The notes beneath the pieces were generated by a model. That model had not been told where the DNA came from, did not search any database, and saw only the letters and a list, made by a program, of their open reading frames with translations. From contig JBDWQJ010000004.1 of NCBI GenBank assembly GCA_039986595.1, forward strand, positions 621,385 through 685,384: 64,000 nt of DNA, given 5' to 3'. Below are positions 21,517 through 32,451 of this stretch, piece by piece (position 1 is the first letter of the stretch; every line of letters begins with the position of its first letter). The translations under genes were made by a program, and so were the position numbers. This stretch comes from Lentilitoribacter sp. (GTDB lineage Bacteria; Pseudomonadota; Alphaproteobacteria; Rhizobiales; Rhizobiaceae).

Positions 21517-23208
21517 TTGGTCGCAAGATCTTTGAAAGTCAGAGCGCCATTGAAGTTGTATTTTACGGAAACGTGGAAACGGCTGAACAGGCGGATCATA
21601 TTGGGCTGGATGTCACCACTAAGATTTAGTGGCTCGTCTCCTGATAGACTTATGCTCGCGCCTGTTGATCTTCGAACTTCAGATGCTTTTATTGCCAAGG
21701 AAATGGCATCGGGTCGCTTTCCACTTGCTGATAAAGTTATTGAAACAGACAGTACGACACCGTTTGAAATAGCATTGCCGCATGATGAGTTTTTCAACGA
21801 GTTGCATGGGTTTAGATGGCTTCGGCATTTGCGCGCAAGTGACGACGATGACACCAAATTTCTGGCGCAAAGCTTAGTTTCAAGCTGGATGGTCCATCAT
21901 GCGAAGCGCTTAAAAGGTCCTGCTTGGGAGCTTGACATTGTCTCAAAGCGGTTGATTTCGTGGTTATCTCATTCTCCAGTTATTCTCGCAGAAGCCGATC
22001 ATGATTTTTATAAGCGTTTTATGGCAAATATTGCGCTTCACGTAAGGTTTTTACGGTGTTCAGCATCGTCCCATCGAAATCCAACTTGGCGTTTACAAGC
22101 TCGTATAGCTGTTGCGATGGCTAGCCTTTGTCTCCCATCATCAAATACCTTGCTCAGATCAGCTGCAAATGCGCTTGATGAAGAATTAGAGAACCAGATT
22201 TTTGCAGATGGTGGACATGTCTCGCGTAATCCGCAAGTGGTTCTAAATATTCTGTCTGATTTGTTGCCGTTACGGCAGACTTATATCAATCTTGGTTCTG
22301 CTCTACCTTTGTCTATGTTGCCGGCAATTGATAGGATGTTTGTCGCATTGCGTTTTTTCCGACACTCAAGTGGTGAGATTGCTTTGTTTAACGGTGCAAC
22401 CCATGCATCGGCGAATTTTTTGATGTCGATATTGCAAAATGATGAAACAGGTGCTCAGTCGCCGGTTAATCTTCCACAAAGTGGTTTTACTAGACTTGAA
22501 GCGGGTAAAAGCATTGTGCTCATGGATAATGGTTACAGTCCAAAAGGTACGGTATCGCGCAAGGCACATGCAGGGTGTTTGTCATTTGAATTTTCAAATG
22601 GTGCCAATCGCCTGATCGTCAATTCTGGCGCACCTAGATTCCAAATATCCCGCTTTGGCGAGTTTGCGCGCCTAACAGCGGCGCATTCAGCACTGGTTAT
22701 TGAAAACACATCTTCATCACGTGTGTCAGATTCAGACTATTTGGGTTCGATATTTGTGCATGGTCCGAAAGAGATCATTTTGGAAGACCTCAGCAATGAG
22801 GAGCATATGGGTATTCGTGCTTCTCACGATGGTTATCTAAGTTCTTATGGACTTGTTCACCAGAGGCAGGTCCGGCTAGAAAGAGATGGAAAATCACTGT
22901 CTGGCCTTGATATACTTGAAACTCCGGATAGTGTGAAAAAATCAACGTCAGCTGGGCGGGATATTGATATTCGTTTTCACATTCACCCTTCTGTACAGCT
23001 TGAGCAGTTAACCGATGGTTCAATTCTGTTAAATACACATGATGGTGATCGCTGGATATTTAACGCCACCGTTAAACCCAAGATCGAACAAGATATCTTT
23101 TTTGCAGATGTTTTAGGTGCGCGCAGAAGTGAACAGATATTTGTTTCGTTTAATGCAAGTGAGCATCATCGTATTGCCTGGATCTTAAAGGCTGTTGAAG
23201 TCAGCTAA
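21517..23208 (+). CDS. Heparinase II/III-like protein
   Basis: DGGHVSRNP, HAGCLSFEFS, LIVNSG, TAAHSAL, ASHDGY motifs; conserved position between rsmB and purH. Confidence 0.8.
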   Translation: MVARSLKVRAPLKLYFTETWKRLNRRIILGWMSPLRFSGSSPDRLMLAPVDLRTSDAFIAKEMASGRFPLADKVIETDSTTPFEIALPHDEFFNELHGFRWLRHLRASDDDDTKFLAQSLVSSWMVHHAKRLKGPAWELDIVSKRLISWLSHSPVILAEADHDFYKRFMANIALHVRFLRCSASSHRNPTWRLQARIAVAMASLCLPSSNTLLRSAANALDEELENQIFADGGHVSRNPQVVLNILSDLLPLRQTYINLGSALPLSMLPAIDRMFVALRFFRHSSGEIALFNGATHASANFLMSILQNDETGAQSPVNLPQSGFTRLEAGKSIVLMDNGYSPKGTVSRKAHAGCLSFEFSNGANRLIVNSGAPRFQISRFGEFARLTAAHSALVIENTSSSRVSDSDYLGSIFVHGPKEIILEDLSNEEHMGIRASHDGYLSSYGLVHQRQVRLERDGKSLSGLDILETPDSVKKSTSAGRDIDIRFHIHPSVQLEQLTDGSILLNTHDGDRWIFNATVKPKIEQDIFFADVLGARRSEQIFVSFNASEHHRIAWILKAVEVS

Positions 23209-23359
23209 TATTAGCCCTTTTATTTGCCCAGCTGTTTTCATTTAACATGTTTTCATGTTAACGGATCGCCATCACCTTCATATTTTACTGGTTCCGCCAA
23301 AATTTAAAAAATTTTGCGCAGCTGGTACCGAACGAAATCTTACGTAGTCTGGAATAGCG

Positions 23360-24976
23360 ATGAGCATTCAATCTAAAAATTATCCTGCACCCGATCATGT
23401 TAAAGTTAAACGCGCCTTGTTATCTGTGTTTGATAAAACAGGTCTTATAGATTTTGCTAAAAAGCTCGCCGATCAGGGTGTTGAACTCATCTCAACTGGC
23501 GGTACTGCAAAAGCATTAAAAGATGCAGGCCTTGCATGTTCTGATGTTTCAGACATTACTAATTTCCCAGAGGTTATGGATGGTCGCGTTAAAACGCTTC
23601 ATCCCGGTGTTCATGGTGGTTTGTTATCTATCCGTGATGATGAAGAGCACCAAAAAGCTCAGTCGGAACATGATATTCCAGACATCGATCTTGCGGTGAT
23701 TAACCTTTACCCATTCGAAGAAGTTCGCTTTTCCGGCGGTGATTATCCCTCCATTGTTGAGAACATTGATATTGGTGGGCCTGCAATGATCCGTGCAGCT
23801 TCGAAAAACCATGCTTATGTGACAATTGTTACGCATCCTGATGATTATGATCGGGTTGGTGAAGCGATCAGCGAAAACGATGGTCAGACGCCCTATAAGT
23901 TGCGCCAGGAATTGGCAGCTTTAGCTTATGCGCGTACAGCATCTTATGATTCTGCGATTGCCACATGGTTTGCGTCAGAGCTTGGCCTTGATAATCCGCG
24001 TTATCGCGCTGTGGGTGGAACATTGAAAGATGTGATGCGCTATGGTGAGAACCCACATCAGTCTGCTGGTTTTTATGTTACGGGCGAGAAACGTCCAGGT
24101 GTCGCGACAGCCGAACTTTTGCAAGGTAAACAATTATCTTACAACAACATCAATGACACAGATGCTGCGTTTGAACTTGTTGGTGAGTTTGATCCGACCC
24201 GTGTTGCAGCATGTGCGATTATAAAACATGCAAACCCTTGCGGAGTTGCAGAAGGTGAAAACCTTAAAGATGCTTATGAAAAAGCATTTGCATGCGATTC
24301 AACATCAGCTTTTGGAGGTATTGTTGCATTTAACCGCGAATTGGATGCCGAAACCGCGCAAGCAGTGATCAAAATCTTTACCGAAGTTATTATTGCCCCA
24401 TCTGTGAGCGATGAAGCGCGCCAGATTATATCTGCAAAGAAAAACCTACGACTTCTTGTGACAGGTGGTTTGCCTGATCCGCGTGCTGATGGCATGACAG
24501 CTAAAACAGTTGCTGGTGGTATGCTGGTGCAAAATCGTGACAACGGCAATGTTGACGATGTTGATTTGAAAGTTGTGACCAAACGTGCGCCAAGCGATGT
24601 TGAACTTAATGACCTTAAATTTGCCTTCCGTGTGGCAAAACATGTGAAGTCTAATGCAATTGTTTATGTCAAAGATGGCGCAACGGTTGGCGTTGGTGCA
24701 GGCCAAATGAGCCGGATTGATTCATCACGTATCGCGGCGCGAAAAGCACAAGATGCCGCTGATGCCATTGGTTCAGACAATGTTTTAACCAATGGCAGTG
24801 TTGTTGCATCGGACGCATTTTTCCCATTTGCAGATGGTTTGATCTCAGCCGTTGAAGCGGGTGCGACAGCTGTTATTCAACCAGGTGGTTCTATGCGCGA
24901 CGATGAAGTGATTGAAGCAGCTGATAAAGCGGGTATTGCGATGGTCTTTACTGGAATGCGCCATTTCCGTCATTAG
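23360..24976 (+). CDS. purH: AICAR transformylase/IMP cyclohydrolase
   Basis: [42 protein letters not shown] motifs. Confidence 0.98.
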   Translation: MSIQSKNYPAPDHVKVKRALLSVFDKTGLIDFAKKLADQGVELISTGGTAKALKDAGLACSDVSDITNFPEVMDGRVKTLHPGVHGGLLSIRDDEEHQKAQSEHDIPDIDLAVINLYPFEEVRFSGGDYPSIVENIDIGGPAMIRAASKNHAYVTIVTHPDDYDRVGEAISENDGQTPYKLRQELAALAYARTASYDSAIATWFASELGLDNPRYRAVGGTLKDVMRYGENPHQSAGFYVTGEKRPGVATAELLQGKQLSYNNINDTDAAFELVGEFDPTRVAACAIIKHANPCGVAEGENLKDAYEKAFACDSTSAFGGIVAFNRELDAETAQAVIKIFTEVIIAPSVSDEARQIISAKKNLRLLVTGGLPDPRADGMTAKTVAGGMLVQNRDNGNVDDVDLKVVTKRAPSDVELNDLKFAFRVAKHVKSNAIVYVKDGATVGVGAGQMSRIDSSRIAARKAQDAADAIGSDNVLTNGSVVASDAFFPFADGLISAVEAGATAVIQPGGSMRDDEVIEAADKAGIAMVFTGMRHFRH

Positions 24977-24998
24977 CCGTCTAAATAACTATAAAATT

Positions 24999-25035
24999 AA
25001 AGGTGAGGCTTTTGTTTTAAGGCCTCACCTTTTTT
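24999..25035 (+). terminator. Intrinsic terminator after purH (possibly bidirectional)
   Basis: AAAGGTGAGGC...GCCTCACCTTT stem with T tail, between convergent purH and gdh. Confidence 0.8.
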
Positions 25036-25038
25036 GTT

Positions 25039-28000
25039 TTATCCGCGGGATAAATCGGTTATCAGTCCGGCCGCGATTGTCAGTTTCGCAACGCTAGCAT
25101 CGCTGGAGCTGATTAGATCATTCACTTGACCCTGAACTTGCGCAATTCGCAGACTGTTTTCAGCTTCCCATGCATCTACAGGAGCTTCGCTATTTCTAAA
25201 TTTCACCAGAGCTGACGTTGATAACACGCGTCGTGCTTGTGATATTTCATCCAAGCTGCGAGAAAGCGCAAGTTTGTCATAAAAATCTGACACAACAACC
25301 TGATCCGCTGCATTGAGCAATCGACCGATGATCAATGCTTCTGTCACGCGGAAGAAAGCAGAAGATGCCTCATCTAAACTTGTTTGTGTGAGCGCGGATA
25401 TCTGGTTGATTTCAGGTATCAGAGTGCGAATATTTAATTCAGCAAGTTCTTTCGCAAGTTTCTTAGGAACGGATTGCGTAATGAGCCGTTCTTGCACTTG
25501 ATCAATGTGGTTTTGCATAAACTGAGGGAGATACTGACCCAGCTTTGGTCCCAATTCTTCACACGCATTTTGCAAACGCGGCACGGATGAAGATAAATCG
25601 CTATGAATAGCGTTGGTTTTTAGCGCCCATCCTGTAGTCTTAATCAAAGCATCACAGGTTTTTCCATAAAGCTTGTTCTGCAGCGTACCGTCGATTTTAT
25701 TGTCCAAATTATCGATTGCACTAAATATTGAATCAAAGAACAGTCCATCGCGGGATAAAATATATGCTTTGACGATTTCATCGGCAGATGCACCTGTTTT
25801 ATCTTGCATCTGAACGATTGTGGCAGGCCCACCACGGTTTATCGCGTCATTGACTATCAGCGTTGAAATGATTTCGCGGCGCAATCTATGTGACATGATA
25901 TCTTGCTCATTTGCTTTGAGCATTTTACCGGGGAAATAACTTACCAGCGTATCTTTGAAATAATCTTCATCTGGCAAATTACTATCAATCACATCGTCAA
26001 ACAGAACGATTTTTGCATAAGATAATAAGACCCCGATTTCAGGCCGGGTAAGAGAATTGCCACCGGCAAGTCTCTCCTGCAAGGTTACGTCATCTGGAAG
26101 AGTTTCAACCTGCCGATTGAGTTGACCGTTGTTTTCTAAGATTGTCATGAGACGGGCGAGTTCACCACCTGCGGTCACGCCCTGTTGTTGGACAAGCGAA
26201 ATTGCCAGCGTTTGCAGATAATTGTTTCGCAACACCAATTTTGACACATCATTGGTCATGGATGATAAAAGTCGATTACGTCTAGGCAGATCTAGCCTGT
26301 CTTCACGAATAGCATTTGCAAGCGCGATTTTGATGTTCACTTCCACATCGGATGAATTCACTCCAGCGGAGTTATCAATCGCATCTGAATTACATCTTCC
26401 GCCGTTTTGCGCATAGGAAATGCGAGCGCTTTGTGTAATTCCAAGATTTGCACCTTCGCCAATGACTTTTGCGCCGACTTGTGTCGCTGTTACTCGAATT
26501 GGATCATTGGCACGATCACCAACATCAGCATCGCTCTCGCTTTTATCACGGATATAAGTACCGATACCGCCAAACCATAACAGATCAACTTCTGCCTTTA
26601 GGATTGCAGTTAGAATTTGATGTGGTGAAGCATTTTTTGCGTCTATGTTCAGTAATTGAGCAACCTCTTTTGTCAAAGTAACTGATTTTTCTTGTCGCGA
26701 GATGATCATCCCGCCTTGAGACATCAATTCAGTATTATAGGACTGCCAAGACGAGCGATCGAGTTCAAACAATCGTTTTCGTTCCGCAAAACTGGTTGCA
26801 CAATCCGGATCAGGATCAATGAAGATATCTCGGTGATCAAATGCTGCAACGAGTTTGATTTTCTCAGACAATAACATGCCATTGCCAAACACATCGCCAG
26901 ACATGTCGCCTACACCAGCGACGGTAAACGGTTCGCTTTGAATATCGATGTTCATCTCGCGGAAGTGTCGTTTAACGGCTTCCCAGCCACCTTTTGCGGT
27001 AATACCCATTTTTTTATGGTCGTAACCAGCCGAACCACCTGATGCAAACGCATCATCAAGCCAAAAACCATGGTCTTGACTGATTGCATTGGCCGTATCT
27101 GAAAATGTTGCAGTTCCTTTGTCGGCTGCAACCACGAAATATGGGTCATCACCATCATGACGCACAGTGTTTTGTGGTGGTATTACATCATCGCCACTTA
27201 GATTATCGGTGATTGACAACATCGTAGAGATGAAGAGTTTATAAGCTTCGCGACCTGCATGAATAAATGCATCACGGTCGCCGCCGACAGGTAGTTTTTT
27301 AGGATAAAAACCGCCCTTTGAACCCACGGGCACAATCACGGCGTTTTTAACTTGTTGTGCTTTCACAAGACCCAAAACTTCGGTGCGATAATCTTCCGCT
27401 CGGTCTGACCAACGTAAACCACCACGTGCGACAGGGCCGAAACGCAAGTGAACGCCCTCAACATCTGCGCCGTAAACAAAGATTTCACGGAACGGGACAG
27501 GTTCGGGCAATCCATCAAGCTCACGCGGGTTGAATTTAAATGCGAGAATTGGATTTGGTCGACCGTTCTCCATAATTTGGAAATAATTACTGCGCAATGT
27601 GCCTAAAATAGCGTTGGACATACGCGTAATGATGCGGTCATCATCAAGACTTGGAACATTTTCAAGCGCTGAATTAATATTAGCTAAGATCTCACTTTGA
27701 GCGTTGGCCCTGTCGTTCTCTGAAAGACTAGGGTCAAACCTATTTTGGAATAGCATAAATAGATTTGCTGAAATTTCTGGATATTTTACCAAGGTTTCGG
27801 CGATATAACGTTGTGAATAGGTAATTCCTGCCTGACGTAAATACCTCGCATAGGCGCGCATAACTTTGGCTTCACGGACCGTTAGCCCGCTTGAGACGAC
27901 AAGATGGTTATAAAGATCATTGTCACTTAATCCTCGCCAGACATTTTTAAACGCTGCCTCAAGGCGGTCATGATCTCGTGCAATATCAAGATCTGTGTTG

Positions 28001-29811
28001 TTTGGTAGATTTAACTCCATGTCATGGATGATGACGGGTTTTGGTATGCCGTTATCATCTTTAACGTCAACCTCGTAGGTTTGCTCGCTAATGACGCCAA
28101 AGCCCAAATTTTCCAAAAGCGGCACACGACGCGATAGGCTTAAGGCTTCGCGCGCATGGAATATTTTCATTGAAATATGATCATCAAGATTGTCATCACG
28201 CTTTAAAAACGTAATGCGCATTTCATCGGTCTCGGTGCAGGCAATCAGATTTTCAAGATCAGCATAACTTTCGTCGGCCGAGAAGTGTTCTTTATAAGAT
28301 TGATTTACCGATAAGCGTAAAGCATTTTGGCCAGCGAGTTCATTAAATTGATCTTCCCAACGCGTGACGATAATTTGAACATCATGTTCGAGTTGCTTTT
28401 GGTCAAATTTTGGCGTTTTTCCACCTGATCTACCGATGATGAAATGTACCCGCGTGATGCTCTCATTTGGAAATGCGGGATAAAAGGCTGAAACCCTGTC
28501 ACCATAAACAGATTTTAAGTAATGACCGATTTTTTCTCGGACAATCGAATTATATTGATGTCGCGGCACATAAACCAAAATAGAAACATAGCGATCAAAG
28601 CGGTCGATGCGAGGAAGAACTCTTACCCGTGGTCTGTCTTCCATATCGTTGATCTGAACGCAAAACTCGTAAAGTAGTTTTGCATCGATTTGAAATAGAT
28701 CATCCCGCGGATAGGATTCAAGCGTATTCAGCAAATTCTTTCCGGAATGGCTATCCTGGTCAAAACCAAATTTGGCAATTACTTTGTTGATCTTGGTGCG
28801 AAGCAGCGGGATCTTTGTCACTGATGTTGAGTATGCGCTTGAGGTGAACAATCCAATGATGCGCAATTCGCCAGTGACTTCGCCTTTGGAATTATATCTT
28901 TTAACACCGATGTAATCCATGTAAGTGCGGCGATGGACAACCGAGCGCATATTGGCTTTGGTGACAATGATGTGATCTTTGCCTTCCAAAAATGCAACGA
29001 TTTCTGGGGTTGTCGTCACCACTTCTTTGCCCAAACGCAACACAGCTAAATCAGGATCAGACAAAATGCCTAAGCCTTTTTTTCCATCATGCTTGAGTTT
29101 GGAAACTTTTGCTGTGCTTGAATAAGTGTATTCGCGCATACCTAAAAGAGTGAAGTTCTTATCCTTTAGCCACTCAAGATAGGCAATAGCTTCCTGGCGA
29201 CCTTTGTAATCTTTCTTACTCGGTATATTTTCAATGTCTGAAATTGCTTTATCAATGGTCGATAGCATTGGGCGCCAATCGCGAACAGCATTGTTGACCT
29301 GTTTAAGAACATTGGCAATGCGTGATTTGAAATCAGCTGCTTCGGGTTTTGTAAATTGTGGTAGAACAATCTGGATATGGCTGACTTGCAGCTCATCACC
29401 TTCTTTATTATTGGCGTTACGAAGTTTCAGATTACCTTTTTCATCCCACAAAATAATTGGGTGCAATGACATGTAAATTTGTCTACCACCTGCGGTGACT
29501 TCCGAGATGACAGAATCATATAAAAACGGTTTGTTGACTGAAGTTATCGAGATAATTGATGTCGGTTTACCATCAACATGGATGTCTTCACTTTGACGGA
29601 TGTTGACCTTTGGAGTTTTGCCTGACCAGTTGTCAATTTCTGCGGCGCCAAATATGGCGATATCAGCCAGCATTTTCGGTAAAAACAGTGAAATATCATC
29701 GCTGTTTGTCGGGGCAAATATCTCAATTGGTAAGTGTCGTTTGGCCTTTTTGGATCTAAGTGCTTTTTCAGTTTCTAATATTAACTGCTTGAAGCTTGTG
29801 CCCGGTGTCAT
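25039..29811 (-). CDS. gdhB: Large NAD-specific glutamate dehydrogenase
   Basis: About 1590 aa; ARGGLRWSDR, VPVGSKGGF, VVAADKGTA, GYDHKKMG, GEGANLG; ATG 29811 follows GGGAGA. Confidence 0.95.
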   Translation of the reverse strand: MTPGTSFKQLILETEKALRSKKAKRHLPIEIFAPTNSDDISLFLPKMLADIAIFGAAEIDNWSGKTPKVNIRQSEDIHVDGKPTSIISITSVNKPFLYDSVISEVTAGGRQIYMSLHPIILWDEKGNLKLRNANNKEGDELQVSHIQIVLPQFTKPEAADFKSRIANVLKQVNNAVRDWRPMLSTIDKAISDIENIPSKKDYKGRQEAIAYLEWLKDKNFTLLGMREYTYSSTAKVSKLKHDGKKGLGILSDPDLAVLRLGKEVVTTTPEIVAFLEGKDHIIVTKANMRSVVHRRTYMDYIGVKRYNSKGEVTGELRIIGLFTSSAYSTSVTKIPLLRTKINKVIAKFGFDQDSHSGKNLLNTLESYPRDDLFQIDAKLLYEFCVQINDMEDRPRVRVLPRIDRFDRYVSILVYVPRHQYNSIVREKIGHYLKSVYGDRVSAFYPAFPNESITRVHFIIGRSGGKTPKFDQKQLEHDVQIIVTRWEDQFNELAGQNALRLSVNQSYKEHFSADESYADLENLIACTETDEMRITFLKRDDNLDDHISMKIFHAREALSLSRRVPLLENLGFGVISEQTYEVDVKDDNGIPKPVIIHDMELNLPNNTDLDIARDHDRLEAAFKNVWRGLSDNDLYNHLVVSSGLTVREAKVMRAYARYLRQAGITYSQRYIAETLVKYPEISANLFMLFQNRFDPSLSENDRANAQSEILANINSALENVPSLDDDRIITRMSNAILGTLRSNYFQIMENGRPNPILAFKFNPRELDGLPEPVPFREIFVYGADVEGVHLRFGPVARGGLRWSDRAEDYRTEVLGLVKAQQVKNAVIVPVGSKGGFYPKKLPVGGDRDAFIHAGREAYKLFISTMLSITDNLSGDDVIPPQNTVRHDGDDPYFVVAADKGTATFSDTANAISQDHGFWLDDAFASGGSAGYDHKKMGITAKGGWEAVKRHFREMNIDIQSEPFTVAGVGDMSGDVFGNGMLLSEKIKLVAAFDHRDIFIDPDPDCATSFAERKRLFELDRSSWQSYNTELMSQGGMIISRQEKSVTLTKEVAQLLNIDAKNASPHQILTAILKAEVDLLWFGGIGTYIRDKSESDADVGDRANDPIRVTATQVGAKVIGEGANLGITQSARISYAQNGGRCNSDAIDNSAGVNSSDVEVNIKIALANAIREDRLDLPRRNRLLSSMTNDVSKLVLRNNYLQTLAISLVQQQGVTAGGELARLMTILENNGQLNRQVETLPDDVTLQERLAGGNSLTRPEIGVLLSYAKIVLFDDVIDSNLPDEDYFKDTLVSYFPGKMLKANEQDIMSHRLRREIISTLIVNDAINRGGPATIVQMQDKTGASADEIVKAYILSRDGLFFDSIFSAIDNLDNKIDGTLQNKLYGKTCDALIKTTGWALKTNAIHSDLSSSVPRLQNACEELGPKLGQYLPQFMQNHIDQVQERLITQSVPKKLAKELAELNIRTLIPEINQISALTQTSLDEASSAFFRVTEALIIGRLLNAADQVVVSDFYDKLALSRSLDEISQARRVLSTSALVKFRNSEAPVDAWEAENSLRIAQVQGQVNDLISSSDASVAKLTIAAGLITDLSRG

Positions 29812-30083
29812 TTTTTGCAATCTCCCAATCTGCGACCGACAATACCGAACCCTAACAAAAGAAATGAAAATGGCGAGCTTATTAGTTGCAAACTTCGTGT
29901 TTTTTTCACTTCCTGAGGATTTTTAGATTGGAAATGGATGATTTTGATCAAAATGAGGTAATTTTTGTGTCAAAATTATCAAGTTGGCCCGCTTCTGGTT
30001 AAATTCGAATCGAATTTTTTATTGGAATTACTTCAAGCTTCAGAGTAGATAACCCAAAGGTCACCAAAAAGCGTCGGGAGTTT

Positions 30084-30332
30084 ATGATGAAAGATGATGA
30101 GGTATCACGAAAAGCCAAGCGTGAACTTGAGAAATTATCTGAAGATGGAGGGCTGCTAAACGCGCCTCGTTTGAAGAAAAAATCGAAAACAGTTCGCGGT
30201 CATTTTAGTGCCGATGATGTGGATGCAGATGATCCGGTTGAACTGTGGGGGACGAGAATTGCCCGCGGGTTATCTTTGATTGCATTTATCGCGCTATCGA
30301 TCTGGTTATATCTTAAATACTTCCAAAATTAG
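30084..30332 (+). CDS. Small conserved membrane-anchored hypothetical protein
   Basis: RBS GGGAG; DPVELWGTRIARG followed by a C-terminal hydrophobic helix; directly upstream of pdxY. Confidence 0.7.
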   Translation: MMKDDEVSRKAKRELEKLSEDGGLLNAPRLKKKSKTVRGHFSADDVDADDPVELWGTRIARGLSLIAFIALSIWLYLKYFQN

Positions 30333-30343
30333 GATAGAGTTTA

Positions 30344-31234
30344 GTGTCAGACACACCTTCTGTTAGCCCCCCGCAGCGTGTTCCAACTCATAAAGCTGTG
30401 ATTGTAATTTCTAGCCATGTGGTGCGTGGATCTGTTGGAAACCGTGCAGCTGTGTTTGCGCTTGAAGCGTTGGGTTTCCCTGTTTGGGCGTTACAAACGG
30501 TTACACTACCGTGGCACCCGGGACATGGATCTTCAACAAGGGTCGTACCAAATGCTCAGCAATTTGACGCAATTATTGATGATCTATGCGCTGCACCTTG
30601 GCTCCAAGAAGTTGGCGCGATCTTAACCGGTTATCTAGGTGATCCATCACAAGCAGCTTCTATTGCCAAGCTTGTTAATGCTGTGAAGGTGAAAACGCCA
30701 GATGCGCTTTATGTGTGCGACCCGGTAATAGGTGATTTAGGCGGTCTTTATGTGCCAGAAGCCACTGCCGCTGCAATAAAAGATGAATTGTTGCCGCTTG
30801 CAGATGTGACAACGCCAAATCAATACGAACTATCTTGGTTGAGTGGTCGCGATATAAAAAATAATCAAGACATTATCGATGCATCAAAAAATTTGGGGCC
30901 AAAGACCGTTTTAACGACATCAGCCTTTGCAATGATGCGAAATTCGATGGCTAATTTATTACATTGCAAGAATAGCAACATTCTTTCAGAGCATCGTCTC
31001 TTCAATTCTGCCATTAATGGTGCGGGTGATTTAACCGCAGCGTTGTTGCTAGCGCGAACACTATCAGGTTTTGATCAAGAGAAGACATTGCAATGGGTCA
31101 CGTCGAGTGTTTTTGAGATACTTAGCCAGACAAATAAATTTGGCCATAACGAATTAGTCCTTGAACAGGACATTTCTAGCCTTGTTCGACCGCAAGCAAT
31201 GGTCCAAATGCGGAAGCTGCATGATAAGAATTGA
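30344..31234 (+). CDS. pdxY: Pyridoxal kinase
   Basis: ISSHVVRGSVGN, VCDPVIGD, TTPNQYE, GAGDL motifs. Confidence 0.9.
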   Translation: MSDTPSVSPPQRVPTHKAVIVISSHVVRGSVGNRAAVFALEALGFPVWALQTVTLPWHPGHGSSTRVVPNAQQFDAIIDDLCAAPWLQEVGAILTGYLGDPSQAASIAKLVNAVKVKTPDALYVCDPVIGDLGGLYVPEATAAAIKDELLPLADVTTPNQYELSWLSGRDIKNNQDIIDASKNLGPKTVLTTSAFAMMRNSMANLLHCKNSNILSEHRLFNSAINGAGDLTAALLLARTLSGFDQEKTLQWVTSSVFEILSQTNKFGHNELVLEQDISSLVRPQAMVQMRKLHDKN

Positions 31235-31298
31235 TGGTTATTTGTAGATATTTTAATAGAAAACACGTTTTTTATTGATCTTCTTTTTGAATGGAATT

Positions 31299-31955
31299 AT
31301 GGCAACTCACATGCATACTTTTCCAAAAAACCTACTTAAAGGTTATGAAAACTTTATGTCCGGGCGCTATGATACTGATCAGGCGCGATATAAAGATTTA
31401 GCCAAAACAGGTCAAAAGCCACACACCATGGTCATTGCTTGTTGTGATTCACGCTCTGCACCGGAAGTTGTTTTTGATAGCGGCCCTGGTGAAATGTTTG
31501 TTGTGCGTAATGTTGCAAATTTAGTGCCGCCATATTCGCCGGACGATCAATATCATGGAACTTCAGCTGCGCTTGAATTTGCCGTGCAATCACTGAAAAT
31601 TCGACAGATTGTTGTTATGGGCCATGGCCGTTGTGGCGGTATTTCGGCAGCGCTTTCACGAAATGCTGAACCGTTATCTCCTGGCGATTTTATCGGTAAT
31701 TGGATGGAAATGCTAAAGCCGGCAGCTGAGGTTATTAAAGACACAAAGCATATGACAGACGCTGAGCGTCAAACGGTTTTGGAGCGCATTTCTGTTCGTA
31801 ATTCAATTGAAAACCTGCGGACATTCCCATGTGTTAAAGAGTTGGAAGATCGTGGATCTTTGAACTTACATGGTGCCTGGTTTGATATTTCATCAGGTGA
31901 ACTTTGGGTGATGGACCATGCAACGGGTGATTTTATCCGCCCTAATATGGCCTAA
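31299..31955 (+). CDS. Beta-class carbonic anhydrase
   Basis: CCDSR, VRNVAN, GHGRCGG zinc-ligand motifs. Confidence 0.93.
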   Translation: MATHMHTFPKNLLKGYENFMSGRYDTDQARYKDLAKTGQKPHTMVIACCDSRSAPEVVFDSGPGEMFVVRNVANLVPPYSPDDQYHGTSAALEFAVQSLKIRQIVVMGHGRCGGISAALSRNAEPLSPGDFIGNWMEMLKPAAEVIKDTKHMTDAERQTVLERISVRNSIENLRTFPCVKELEDRGSLNLHGAWFDISSGELWVMDHATGDFIRPNMA

Positions 31956-32013
31956 AAAAAATTATAACTCATAAAATAGATTATAAGCGTTCAATAGTTT
32001 GAGGGGAAAACTT

Positions 32014-32436
32014 ATGCGCGTTGCCGTTAAAACCGTTATCTTTGTGGGTGCATTAAGCAGTCTCTGCGTTTCTGCTTTTGCCCAAAACAACAAAACAGCT
32101 ATCAAACCGTGGTTTCAAGCTCTGTCGCCGGTTGATCGCGAGGTTATTTCAGAACTCTTAGCCGATGATGCGCAGATAGAGTTGAAAGACTACGACATCA
32201 CGCAGTCAAAAGAAGAGTTTGTCGAGGCATTGGATAATTGGGAAGAAGCAATTGAAAGCGGATCCATCGCCTTTAAAATAGACGAAGATGCTTCAAGCGA
32301 GGAAAATATAACGACTAAAGTGTGTTATAAATTTTCCTCAAATGAGCTTATGACTGTCGAAACTTTCGAATTTAGCGAAGGTATGATCGTCAAGTCTGTA
32401 CAGGAAACCATCGCAGACGATTGTGCTGAGTTTTAA
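32014..32436 (+). CDS. Secreted NTF2/SnoaL-like hypothetical protein
   Basis: RBS GAGGGG; signal peptide ending AFA; two Cys (VCY, DDCAEF). Fold assignment is from recalled similarity. Confidence 0.6.
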   Translation: MRVAVKTVIFVGALSSLCVSAFAQNNKTAIKPWFQALSPVDREVISELLADDAQIELKDYDITQSKEEFVEALDNWEEAIESGSIAFKIDEDASSEENITTKVCYKFSSNELMTVETFEFSEGMIVKSVQETIADDCAEF

Positions 32437-32451
32437 ACTCAGCTTTTCGTT

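Noticed and set aside
23242-23261. TTAA...TTAA as a CtrA box
   Set aside because: Spacer is 12 nt, not 7.
23209-23359. Possible ZTP (pfl) riboswitch upstream of purH
   Set aside because: The spacer is AT-rich and lacks the conserved GC-rich pfl elements.
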